64,000 bases of DNA from Octopus sinensis (lineage: Eukaryota): NCBI RefSeq assembly GCF_006345805.1, contig NC_043012.1, positions 47,988,001-48,052,000 of the forward strand. The letters run 5' to 3'. The position numbers were made by a program, and so were the translations under genes. Positions 13,141-25,480 of the stretch are shown here, piece by piece (positions within the stretch are counted from its first letter, which is position 1; the number at the start of each line of letters is the position of its first letter). The notes under the pieces are model-generated. The model saw only the letters and a list, made by a program, of their open reading frames with translations. It was not told where the DNA came from and made no database searches.

Positions 13141-15787
13141 AAATACATTTGCTTAACTGAAAAATATCTCATCGTTAACCATTCCAAGACATTCATTGAA
13201 TTTTTGATTGCGAATTGTAGCCAAATAAGGTATTAATGTAGACGTGACACATATTTTGATAGGGAACATATTTTGCTTATAGATTTGGTAGAATCTTATA
13301 GATTTGTTGAAATTGTTATTTCCAAATTTTGCAGATGATCGTGTGAAAATATGGAATAAATTAACTACAGATTCTATGTGTGTAAATGTGATATAAATAG
13401 CTAAAACTTCCCATAGGTAATTGTATAATTAAAGGTATCTTCTCTATATATGATAAAACTTATTAATATGTTACGCATAAAGATATATTTTCATTGCTCG
13501 GAGCTTTCACCGCTTTCTTCCAATTCATTTCTTGCTCATGGACAGGAATCTTATTTTGTCAGGTCAACATCGTATGAATATCTTCATGCTCGCATTAAGA
13601 AAGTGTTATCCGTTAGAGCATTTTGAAAGGTCTTTTGCGGTGAGTCTGGACCACGTCATTCTCATCTTCCTTTCTTGTTCCTCACTAAGTTTAACTGTAT
13701 TGCTTTCATTTAGCATTTGATTTACCTTACGCAATTCTAATACGTCTTTGTTTCTTTATTGCTGCTTATATTGTTCATCAATATAGTAAATGAAAAGTGG
13801 AACAGACAAACGTGTATTTTATATATGTATAGAAATAAACATCTCTTAGTAAATCAGGACACGAACATGTTGAGAGACAAACGTTAAAAACAAAATAGGA
13901 ATTGAAGTGAAAAGTATATATAAACGAGATCTCGAAGAGATTAATACATTGAGAAAAACTTAAAATATTGAGAATTGATATTGCAGGAAATTATAATGTA
14001 ATGATGATTAATATATATGTGTATGGTAGCGTGTATGTTTATATATGTATGTGAGAGTATATGTATGTGTGTGTGTATAAAACTATAGTCGATAGTCTTT
14101 CCCTGAGATTACTAAACTACTTTTCAATTATGATTGTCAGAAAAAACTATATTATTTTGGGAATAAATTTGCGAAAAAGCAGACAGGTAAGCAATAATAT
14201 TTATACATGTAATCAGATATAATACTCGAAAATGCATTTGCGGATAATAGGCAAATACAACCATTTACAATAATGTAGGCCAGCGTGTACATCTATATAT
14301 AAGTGCGGCATATTTGTATATGCATATACCATGCGTATATTCATATAGATACCTGTAAATTTTATAGTTATAACAGTTTACAAACTGCTACTATCAACCG
14401 TTCTATGATCCTGAATGATTATCGAGAGATGCATTAGTAAATGTATAGATGGTTTTATGGGGGTCGGCTGAAAAGTTCATAGGATGACCAAAATAAAATG
14501 TGACCAAAGGAGGCTTATTTCTAAGTATAGACTCCTTGCGGTCCACACACTTCTTCCATCAGTGTTGCAATACTTGGATACCATTGCTGAAGATGCGATA
14601 CTGGTTCCCAGCCAAGTTTTTATGACGAGGAACAGGTCATAATCAAATGGGGCCAAATCAAAGAATAGGGAGGGTGATCAACCAGTTCAAAGCACAGTCA
14701 CGCTCAGCAGCCTTTGAATCTAAGGTCTGGTTTGCTTATGCATTGTCCAGATGAAACAAGGCATCTTTCATCAGTTTTCCTGAGCGTTTGTTCGTGATAG
14801 CCATTTGTTATTGCCTCAGGATACTGGGATAGTAGTGTCCATTGATGGGATAGCTCTTTTGAAGATAGCCAATAAACACAATGCCTATTGCATCCCCCAA
14901 ACACGGAGGTCATCAGATTCCACGCAGATGAAACGCTCTTGACCTTGTTTGGAGCAACGTATTTCCACTGCATGGATTGTCTTTTTTTTAATTTCTGCCT
15001 CATAGTGATGAAGCCAACGTTCATGATTGGTTAGAAAAAGTTCAAGGAAGCCTGTTGGATCTGCATCAGATAATGTCAGATTTTCCAATGATGTGACCAG
15101 CCTGGTGCATTTTTGATTATGTGTCAGAAGACGTGAAACTCACGAAGCATAAACCTTCGTCATGCAAAGTTACATATGCAGAATATTCTCAACTTTGTCA
15201 TGCGATATGCCAATAGCATTGGCTATCTTTATATTTATAGAACTGAGAATGTGTGTCTGTCTGTCTGTCTGTGTGTTTCCCTAAAACTTGAGAACTACAC
15301 AACCAATTTCTTTCAAATTTTACACATGCCTTACTTAGAGTCCGGGGAGTGTCATCACAAAAACAAATTTTGAACTTTTTGCCTAGGGCGAGCCCACAGT
15401 AATATCATATCTTCTCCACTACGATTCCCTAAAACTTGAGAACTACACAAATTTTACTTGAGAACTACATTCAAATTTTACACATGCCTTACTTAGGGTC
15501 CATGTAGCTTCATGGGCAAAAAAATGTTCAACTTCTTGCCTAGAGCGAGCCCATAGCAATATTATATCTACTCCACTATTTCAGTATTACTTGTTAAAAG
15601 TGAAACAAAAACGTTTCTCTATTTTATGTCAGATACTTTCACTTTAACAATAAAAATAATAATAACAATTGAATTATATGTAGTAAGTAATAATTAAAAT
15701 CAAACTAAAGTAACATGACAAAAGCAAAAATAGCAATTGGTATAAAATTGCATCAATGATTTGAACTTGAATAAGTGGTTTCACATG

Positions 15788-17571
15788 AATGGGAATAAAT
15801 CAAAATAAAATTAGCGTGCAGAAATGGAATAGTCCAGATGAATAATAAAAAATTAAATTAAAGAAAAGACTATTGTCTATAAAGTATACAATGTAGAGAA
15901 AAAAGGTCGCGTTTTTTTGCGCTCTGTAAAATTCGGTTAAAAAAGAACAAAAAGTGAATTGTGGTTGCGGAATTGGAACGTCGGTTGGTGCGGTTTCGCG
16001 TCGCACTGGTTCTGTGCGTCGCACGTTTTCTGTTCGGGAGGCCGTTTTTCGGTCTGAGGCGACTATGAGCCGCCTCTACCAAACGGATGAGATGGAAGGG
16101 AGAAATTTCTCTGAAAATTCGTCGACATCTGAGGAGGAGTTGGCGGTGAAAAAAATGGAAAGCACCTACGCAGGTATAACGAAGAAGTCAACAGAAAAAG
16201 AGATAGACCTGGCTAAGTTGACGGACTTCCAGGAGTTCATGAAGGAGGAGGAGAACGGAGAGGTTGAGCTGTTGCCTCTAGCAGGGCGCGGAGACTGGTT
16301 CCATCGTAGAACCATTAAATATAAAGTATTTATGAATGGAGGTAGAAAAATGGAAGTGATTAACATGGAAGCAATTGAAGAGGCTTTCAAACAGACAGGA
16401 GAAGAAATTGTGTACATGACAAAAGGATTAGAATATGGAACCATAACGGTACAATTTAAAAGTGAGAAAGCAGCCAGGAATATAGCAGCCAAGGTGGTGA
16501 GTACAGAAACGTTTTACTTGTTCCCCTCGTATTTGAATAGAAGGACCACCAGAATTAGGGTGGAAGGAATACCTCCACACCTAGAAGGCGAATTAATAAC
16601 GGCTGCGGTTATCAAAGGAAATGAAGATAAAGTGGACATCCTCCACGCCATTATGAAATATGAAGGCGTGAGAGGTGCCACACTAGTAATGAACATACAG
16701 ACGGAGGCGGAAGTTATAGAAAAGCTTACGGACAGTATAAAAACTGGAAATATTATTATGAGAGTGTGGGTGGAGGGTAGGGCGCCCAGGTGCTACAAGT
16801 GTGGCCTGAGGGGTCACATAAGAGCCTACTGCCCTCCCCCACCAAAGGAAAAAAGAAAAGGAAATTGTCGCGGAAGCCCCAAAAGAGGAAGAAACCAAAG
16901 AGAACCAAAGGGAAAAAGAAACGACAGAAGAAGAGGAGATGCAAGCAGAGTGGGAAGAAGGAAGAAAAAAGAGAAAAAGAAAGAAAAAGAAAAACTGTGC
17001 GAAGCCCCAACCCACCCCAGCACCACCCGCACCCTCTGAATCCCACCCTTCCCCTGCAGACAGTGAACCCACCCAATCCCCTCCAACAAGAAAACAAAAG
17101 AAAAATACAGACAGACAAGAGTTTGAAAACGAACCCAGGCCGAACATTTATATTGTGACTGAACAGAAAGAGGTTGCAAGGGTAATGGAGGAGTATGAAT
17201 GGTATGAAATGGATGGGACCAGATATGCAGTGCTGGAAAAGAAGAATATAGATGAGTTTGTGTTGAGGTGTGAGAGGGAGAATTGGGAGGTGAAGGATAC
17301 AAGAATGAGCGATGAATTCGTGGAATATATGGAGGACAGTTTCGGAGTAAGAATGGATATGGATGGTCTTCGTATTGGGAATGAACATTCAGGTGACAGT
17401 GAAAACAAAAGGACAGGTAAGTGATGCTGGCGGAGGGGGCCGTTAGCATCGCTTTCATATTATCATTTTTTCATTTTCATTTGCTCATAAATTTAATCAT
17501 ATTGTTCTATGTCCCCCATGTTTTGTTATGTCCGCCATTCTTCGTAGCCCCTGGTGGGTAATAAAGAAATA
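15788..17571 (+). mobile_element. ORF1-only non-LTR retroelement (no RT), nested in the Helitron
   Basis: Flanked by ACATG at 15783-87 and 17572-76 (candidate TSD). GC-rich 5' UTR, single gag-like ORF, about 150-bp 3' UTR ending ccctggtgggtAATAAAgaaataa. Confidence 0.75.
16065..17424 (+). pseudogene. LINE ORF1 (gag-like) protein with CCHC zinc knuckle, about 452 aa, one frameshift
   Basis: ATG at 16065; VWVEGRAPRCYKCGLRGHIRAYCP knuckle. A single extra base in the A-run near 16848-16860 separates the two ORF-track halves (15954-17039 and 16939-17424). Confidence 0.85.
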
Positions 17572-18877
17572 ACATGGAGGAAAGCACCTTCGAAAAGTGT
17601 CTTGGTGCGACTATGAAAGGTATCTAATCAGAGGTGGTAAATTCGCCACAATAGAAGCAAGGTTCGAGTCAACGGAGCGTGCAAGGGAGTACTCGACTCG
17701 AACTTGCGAAGTGGAAATATTTTACTTTTACCTTTATATCTGGGACGTAGGACGTCCCGGAAAAAATTTTAAATGATTCCCCCCCCCCCGAAGTAGAGGT
17801 AGGCTGGATTGTAGCCACACTTCTATACAAGAGGGAGGACAAGATACAATTGATCGAAATTACAAGAGACGGGCTAACAATTCCAGTCTGTTATATATTT
17901 TGAGTATTGTTATCACTAGCGATATCAAGATATAACTTTGTATTTTGTATTTTATGTGTAGATGTATATATATATATAGATGTACATATAGTATGTACAC
18001 ATATATATACACATATATACATGCACTAGCACTATGACCCGGCAACGATGGGTCTTTAATGCTAGTATGATATATAGTTAATTGCTTATCATCCATTTCT
18101 ATGTGGTGAATACGATCAATGCTTTCCTCCGTGGTGGCTGATGCAGAACGCCCACACCGCATGTCATATTCAAGACTTTCCCTCTCTTTCTTAAATTTAG
18201 TTTCCCATTTTTGCGCTGCTGACGAAGCAGGAGTGCCATCCCCTAATGCAGCAACCATACCAACATGAATATCATTGAGGGTTAAAACCTTTTCTGCAGG
18301 TACGTGGTAACACGATGACGCTGAATTTTGTTATTTTCAAGAGAAGTAGCGACTGGTTACATTCGAAGTCTTATTTAAGCAGAGAAATGTCACCTTACCT
18401 GGAAAGAAAGAATACAGTTATTAATGAGAAGTGTTGACGTTAATGCTTGCAAGATTTCAAATTAATCTTTCATAGTCGGCATATGAACTTTTCATCCCAC
18501 CCTCGTATATCGTTGGTGATATTACTTAAAAAGTGTGATCTTAAAGATGTGCCCCTCGTTTCTTTGGTAATTGTTGATTTATCGGAGAAGTTACTATTGT
18601 TTTATATTTAATTTTGAAACCATGATACTTAGTAAAACAAAGTAATGCTTATAATTATAATGGCTCTATCCTGCTGACGTATAATTTTACAGGAAACTAG
18701 TTTCTGCATATGTTTTTGTTGAAATTAGATATATGATAAAGGAATATTCAGGTGAAAACATGCCTTTCATTGCTACTTTAATAGCTTCACAGGTATTGAT
18801 GATAAGCTTAACATATCTATCCCGCCAAGTTTACCTATGATGATAAAATTTAACCATAATTTAATGAAAAAATTAAC

Positions 18878-19121
18878 TGTTGTAACGTAATTTGTTACGT
18901 ACAATAGCTAAGATAACTAGACGTCAGTAACAACAATGCAACGAACTAACAAATCTGTTTACGAACCAGCAACCAAGATTCCTTGTGAACTAACCAGCCG
19001 ACACCTTCCGACTTCACTGCGAACTTCACTCGACTCTGAACTCACTCAGATCGTAAGTATTTATACTTTACTCGGACCAGTCTATCTCTCGAATGGGGAC
19101 GTCGTAACTCGCATCACAACA
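18878..19121 (-). mobile_element. 3' LTR of a Gypsy-type retrotransposon (244 bp)
   Basis: Inverted termini TGTTGT...ACAACA; polypurine tract (aaaaggggaga on the minus strand, 19122-19132) directly adjacent on the integrase side. Confidence 0.85.
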
Positions 19122-19299
19122 TCTCCCCTTTTGAGGTTTCGACTACTATGAGAAAGTGGAATTTCTTTTATTTGTTTTTCCAGCACCTCTCCCTCTTTTA
19201 TTTTGCTAGCTTTTGTATCTTATTTGTTGCCCGACTTTCAAGGTTGTATTCTTCGTTGTACACAGCACATTTTCTTTTCGCTGTACTAAGCACACTTGT

Positions 19300-20150
19300 T
19301 AACACTCTTGCGTATAATTATTTTTTTTTATTTCATTTTTGGTATTACTTGCCGATATTCAGTCAGTTTTCGTTTTCTGAAGCTACTTCTATGGGACTCA
19401 ATATCTCTTTGTGCTGGCACTTCAAAAATATCATAGAATACTTCCATTGGTATTACCCTTCGTTCTTCTGTAAGTATCATCTTTAACTGGTTAAGGTATC
19501 TCTTATATTTCGAACGTTGTCCTTTGATTAAATACATCATGTTACACAATCTTTTGATTATATAGCCACCCTCCCATTCTTCTTTACCACTTTTGTAATT
19601 TTTAAAAGGAACTTTATCGCCTACTTCGGAATGTTTTGTAATATTTCTTGTATTTCATTCGAATGTATTTTTTGTCTCTCTTTTAAATGTATATTTTCCT
19701 GGCAATAATTTGTCCAAGAGCGATTTTATTTTACACGTGAACATTAATTCTGCTTGTGACTTTCCTGAATTAGTATATGGATTTGGCGTTATTCTATATA
19801 CTCTCAAAGATTTCGTTAGTTCCTCGTCATTATCTAGCCAGTTCCTGGCCTTTCTTAGAGCTCTTTTGAACGTGTCGAATTTTTTTTTCCGCTTGCCCAT
19901 TTGACTTCGGCTGGTAGTGTGAGGTAAAATGTGCCTCATGACTTGTATTTTGCAGAAATTTCTTAATTCATATCCCGTGAATTATGTACCATTACCTGAA
20001 ACTAACGTGTCTGGAACACTGTATCGAGCAAATAACTCAAGGGTTAACTTTATTGTTGTTTTTGTTGCATACTTCCGGCCACATTCCACAATCATTAAAC
20101 AGTATGCGCCGTTCACCTTACGCATGTACGGGAAACTATTAGTAGCGCGA
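19300..20150 (-). pseudogene. Gypsy integrase remnant
   Basis: ELFARYSVPDTLVSGNGT, DTFKRALRK, YRITPNPYTNSGKSQAELMF, KRYLNQLK motifs; stops and frameshifts. Confidence 0.88.
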
Positions 20151-20555
20151 TAAGTACCTGTATTTTGTATATACTCTGTATGTTGACTTTAGCCCTGTTT
20201 TTTCTTGTGCATGTGCATATATAGACACGTGTATGGACCTTTTTTGTGCGCGTGTGTGTGCGAGCGTGTATGTGTGTGTGTATATATTTTTGGCGAATGT
20301 GTGGGTGAATATGTGTGTATTTCAAGTGAGGGTGGATGAGCGTATAGGCGCATGTATAGGCGCATGTACGTGAGTGTGCGGGTGTGCATGTGAATGTACA
20401 GACATGCGCGCTTACGCGATTATTATGGACATTTTTACTCGCTTACATTTTCTTAGCGGTCATTCTAATAGTTCTTTTGTCTTAATAACGGTCAATCACA
20501 GAGTATTTTCCCTTTGTTCTAACGGTCATTTTCATAGCATCTTTTTCGATGGCTC

Positions 20556-20616
20556 GATAACTGAAGAGATGCCGGCGTGTGTTTCCGCCCCGGCATCCGA
20601 AACTCGGAGTTTTATC
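20556..20616 (+). ncRNA. Type I hammerhead ribozyme motif, near intact (solo PLE-type repeat)
   Basis: GATAA-CTGAAGA-GATGCCGG-(14 nt)-CCGGCATC-c-GAA-ACTC-g-GAGT-T-TTATC: 5-bp stem I, 8-bp stem II, palindromic stem III. Confidence 0.85.
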
Positions 20617-20651
20617 ATGGCTGCCGAATAATTGTCACTTATTATATTTAC

Positions 20652-20709
<58 letters not shown>

Positions 20710-20734
20710 AAATAGAAAAGAAAAATGATAAGAG

Positions 20735-20908
20735 ATACTTGGTTCAAATCGACCCCAGGACTTATTCTTTGTAAGCATAGTACTTATTTAAATGGTCCCT
20801 TAGGACGGACTGCTAGGTTACGGGGACAGAAACGCACCAACATCAGGTGTCACGCGACGGTGAGGGGGACAAACACAGCCACACAAACATGTGCATATAT
20901 ACATACTT

Positions 20909-20945
<37 letters not shown>

Positions 20946-21110
20946 CACACGATGAGCTTCTTTCAGTTTCCATCTACCAAGTCCACTCACAAGGCTTCAG
21001 TCGGCCCGAGGCTAAAGTAGAAGGCACTAGCCCAATGTGCCACGTAGTGGGACTGAACCCAGAACCATGTGATTGGGAAGCAAGCTTCTTACCATAAGAC
21101 TACGCTACGC
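20735..21110 (-). mobile_element. SINE family A
   Basis: Reverse complement of the 4199-4625 type sequence. Confidence 0.85.
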
Positions 21111-21119
21111 ATCTCTATG

Positions 21120-21203
<84 letters not shown>

Positions 21204-21470
21204 GGAGAGAGAGAGGGATAGATAGATAGATAGATAGATAGATATGAATATATTAGCGTGTGTGTTTGAGAGAGATACACAGAGAGAAAATGTGTTTCTA
21301 CATATGGATGCATATGTACAACAGGAGGAATATTTACTGATAATTGTGTTAATTTTTTTCCTCCTGCTGGAAATAAATTGCGTGCAGCATTAGACCAACT
21401 TCTTAATACTGAGAAAATTTGAAAATGAACTGATGCTAGTATTCTTTTTATCTAAATGACAAAGCCCGGT

Positions 21471-21646
21471 TTGCCAGACGAGATGGTGAAGATGCCGACG
21501 ACCGCTTTGTTCAAAGCCTCCCTGGACCTCAAGTGGCCTGAACTCTTTACATGAACACCACCCTGTACTTAACTCCATGTCCCACTACATGGCCTTGCTA
21601 TTTGCTTTTGAGCCAAATTAACTAACTAACTAACTAACTAACTACT
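21471..21646 (+). mobile_element. CR1-type LINE 3' end with (AACT)n tail
   Basis: LPDEMVKMPTTALFKASLDLKWPELFT* followed by a short UTR and tandem aact units. Confidence 0.75.
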
Positions 21647-22305
21647 CCTGAACAGAACAACGGGTAATGTACCATCTTTGTGAGCTGTGTGTGTATCAGT
21701 AATCGCAGTTCCTCGAAGGCTCTTTACAGCTTAAGGGAATAATTATTTGCCGTTTCGTATTTATAGATTACGTATTGATTGAAACGTTCAAAAATATTCT
21801 GAAACCTCTCACGCATCAAGAACTCCGAACATCCTTGCTGGTGGCAAAAGTAAACGAGTTCGCAATATGTGTCTTTTAAGTAGGCATGTAACTATTGATT
21901 AAATGGTATATATTACGCAGATTACTCTTAGTTGTGCCAATGAAATTATCCGCAACAAACTTGGTTAGGTGTAACTTTGAGCTATATATGTCCCCCTGAA
22001 AATTACACAATCGGACAAAATTCCTTCTCTGTGCCAACTACTTTCAAATCGTTCTCACATTTAATTGTCGCCTTCCTGGAAGTTAGTGTCGCTGGTAACG
22101 AAACAGTGATGTACTAATACGAGAGAGAAAATAAATACCAGAATTTAGAAGAGAAATATACTTCATTTAGAAAAATATTTAGATTGCTCTGTAATACTCT
22201 CTACAGATCCTGTTTACAATGAAATACATAGCTCAGAAATTTCTATTCAAACCCCTTACATGTTGCTGGTAAATCTTAGATAACTCCTTTACGGGTACTC
22301 ATGTA

Positions 22306-22818
22306 TGAGGTCTGATCAATAAGTATCCGGACTGTTGCCATAGTAACTAAGCTAAAACATGCAGAGTGAAGCTGCTAGATAGATTTGCCTTGAACTCTGC
22401 TTTGCATGTACACTACGTTTTAACGTTCTAGCTTACTTCTGCTGTTTACAGCAATGCTTGGAAGGAAGGTGTGTAGCGTGTGATCGTCGCATTGATCATG
22501 ACAGAGAACGTTGTCATGGTGATAGCTGCTCAGTGGCCTACACAAAGTTACAGAACGTGTAAGGAAAGTAGCAGAAAGTTTACGGAAAGTGCATCAGACG
22601 TTCCCATGATGGCCAAGAAAATGTCGATATTGACGAATATTGTGGGAGATCTGTAGCCAGCAGAACTGAGAAAAACATCGCAGATTTGTGTGCAGCTGCG
22701 AGGGGAAATCGTTGAATCACAGCAGAGTTTAAAGTTGACCCGTGGCAAGCGGCTTTACTCTGTGTGCTTTAGGGTAGTTACTATGGCAAGAGTCCGGATA
22801 CCTATTGATCAGACTACG
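22306..22818. mobile_element. Mariner-derived MITE
   Basis: TIRs tgaggtctgatcaataagtatccggactgttgccatagtaac / gttactatggcaagagtccggatacctattgatcagactacg, with TA on both sides; complementarity extends about 100 bp. Confidence 0.88.
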
Positions 22819-24814
22819 TACACTGGATTCTCAAAATCAGAAAGAACTTCAGGCAAATAACGAAACTGCTTGCATTAAAAGTGCTAAAACCTGTGAATTG
22901 TTGGCAAAATACATATCAATGATGAATTCATTTGAGTTTGTCGAAATGTTGTGGAAATGCTGATATTAATGTGTCTGAAAACTCTTAAAGAAACGATAAT
23001 CATTCTGTTTAATGTGTGAAGTGCAAACTACATCAACTCACTATCAATTTCTGTCATGTCGATTAGATAAAAATAATGATTGCATCATTTTTTGTAAACA
23101 TACATATAATTGGTCTACTTTAAACTGAATTCATAAACACTCGTAATCGTTCTGCTTTGATAATATTTCTTAGCTAACAGTAGTAGTTTCATGTTCTATT
23201 TTCTTAAATTTAGCGATTCCTTTCAGTACATCCTTTGATTGTTTGATAAATCTTTTGCCCAATACGCATTACACACATCCTATATATGCATAATTCTTTG
23301 CACTTGATACGATATATATTTTTTCAAAGTTCCATTGGCAGCCAGGTTTTGGTGACCCGATTTACATTTTGAAAAATTTCATTTCGTTACGATTATTGTG
23401 GATGCGCAATGCACAGGTAAATTTAGCTTCAACTAAGCCCAATCAGAACTAAAAAATTCCCAAAATCTTTCCAGTTTTCTCATATTTGTAGCATTATTTC
23501 TGTTTCCTTACGTAAAGTCGTAGGTAGAAAGTAAACAGGCATTCGGACATACATCACAGTTAAAGATGACTATGTTTTTGTTAATTTGAAATTATCTTTA
23601 CTTTCAGAGAAGGTAGAATAATATTTTGGTAGCAACGGGTATTCAGGCCCGTTCTAAGAGAGATGATAAGATAATCTCAAGAATCAAGAATTCTCCAATT
23701 CACATATATGCCATTAACGAAGAGGCATTTTCTGTCTCATTTGATGTCATCAGTATAGCTGTTGAATTATCTTTTCCCTAGAAGGTGAGAAACTTTAACA
23801 TATATAGAGAAGAGACGAATACATTTATGGGCCAAGTAATTTGTATATAGAAAAATCACATGTTCTGTGAGAAATAATTCTCTATAGTGACATGTCACTG
23901 AACAATCTTGTTGAATAGATTTATATCAAATAATGATGTACTTAGGTGTGTGCGTGTGTGTATGCATGTATATATGTTCATATGTGTTTATGTATGTATG
24001 ATTCCCTTTCTGGTATGTTTTAGAGTACATTCCTATAGGTGAATATTTGGGTGTTAAGATTGTAAAGAGAAGGATATTATTCTCTTCGACATCGTTCGTG
24101 AAACCATTAATACATTAAATTCAAAGTTCTTATAGAATTTCATCGTCTTAAAATAACGTCAGTTTCTTTAGTCCATGAATTAAAGAGTTGTTTTCTTCTC
24201 CCAAGAATCCAAGTGCAGTCCTACTTTGATCCAGGCTGGTTACTATATAAATGTTATTGCTCCCGTAATAATGGGCATAAGGCTGAAAGCGTAATGTAAC
24301 TACCGGATGTGCAAGTTGTTCCCGAATGGTCCACAGATGACTTATTTCATATTTACTCTCCCTATTACATTTAGCTTACGTGGACAACTAATATCCACAA
24401 CAAAGCGTGTTCTTATTTTGCGGTCACCAGCAGCAATATTAGGTAGGGTTTGTTGTAATTTGATAGTTGTTTTTATTCTCAGGCTTAATCAGTCTCTCTG
24501 TGTATAAATTTATTTGTTGGTACTTTGTTTCTTTTACACTATTCCTCTAGATTGTTCTTGAAATCACGTCAAGGCTGATAGGAAATCAAATATCTAGAAG
24601 ACAATCGTTTATGTTTGACAGTAATGAGACTAATGTCTTCTTTTTCTCATGTCTTATATTTGTTATCAATTGTTTGTGTGTTTTCCTGTATTAAGGCACT
24701 TTGTGGTATTTTATTACTCATAGATTGCATTGAGGTAACCTTCAAGCAGATGTTGTTTCGATGTGTCTATATGGGTACCAAACGATTTTAATATAGATTT
24801 TCAAAATAAATAAA

Positions 24815-25065
24815 TAAATGCGCCCTTTTAAAGCCTAGCCAGGCTCATGGGCCCGGTTTCCCTGTTTCTATGTCGTATGTGTTCTCCAGCTGGATGGGAC
24901 GCCAGTCCATCGCAGCGTTACTCATTTTTGCCAGCTGAGTGGACTGGAGCAACATGAAATGAACTGCTTTGCTCAAGAACACAACGCGTCACCCGGTCCA
25001 GGATTCGAAACCACAATCTTACGATCATGTTGCTGACGCCCTAACCAGTAAGCCACGAATCTCCA
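24815..25065 (-). mobile_element. tRNA-derived SINE, family C
   Basis: Minus strand gtggcttactggttagggcgtc...gtttcgaatcc A/B boxes; gcgatggactggcgtcccatccag core; (TTTA)n tail. Confidence 0.85.
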
Positions 25066-25332
25066 CTAATATAGATTTAAGACTACTAAATCTGCGTTGT
25101 ATAAATATTCTAATCTATTTACTTTCCACATTTATGTTGAAAGTTCCTGCAATGCTGCGCAGTATCCAAATTCATTTATCCCGATATTTATATTGTGGTA
25201 GATGTGAAGATTAACAAACCGAAGACATTGTGGGAGACCTGTGTGCTGTAGGCTAACAAGTGTTGATGACTGTATTACCATTATCCTTATGCGGCAATCA
25301 TCTCTTGAACCTGGTATGTCGCTTGTTTATAC

Positions 25333-25480
25333 GTTCTTAGTTCAAATTCTGTCGAGGTTGACTTTGCCTTTCATCCTTTCGGGGCCGATAAATTAAGTAT
25401 CAGTTGCGTACTGGGGGTCGATCTAATCGACTGGTCCTTTCCTCCAAAATTTCGGATCTTGTGCCTAGAGTAGAAAAGAA
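25333..25480 (+). mobile_element. SINE family B, 5'-truncated
   Basis: agttcaaattctgtcgaggttgactttgcctttcatcctttcggggccgataaattaag. Confidence 0.85.

Larger units (their letters stand above)
15226..18065 (+). mobile_element. Non-autonomous Helitron-like element
   Basis: Starts TC (tctttatatttatag...gtctgtctgtc), ends with hairpin GACCC-N9-GGGTC then CTAG, inserted between A15225 and T18066 with no TSD. Contains a ~140-bp internal tandem duplication at 15288-15580. Confidence 0.85.
14458..18505 (-). mobile_element. Mariner DNA transposon (about 1.2 kb once the insert is removed), split by a Helitron at 15225/18066
   Basis: TIRs tgggggtcggctgaaaagttcata (14458) and tatgaacttttcatcccaccctcg (to 18505), each flanked by TA. 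Transposase N-terminus (KW..KF..ERESLEYD.RCGR) at 18066-18335 joins in frame to IANAIGISH...; DDD domain (FLTNHERWLHHYE, LFHLDNA) at 14600-15225. Confidence 0.9.

Noticed and set aside
16166-17458. Long antisense and alternate-frame ORFs over ORF1
   Set aside because: By-products of the purine-rich ORF1 strand.
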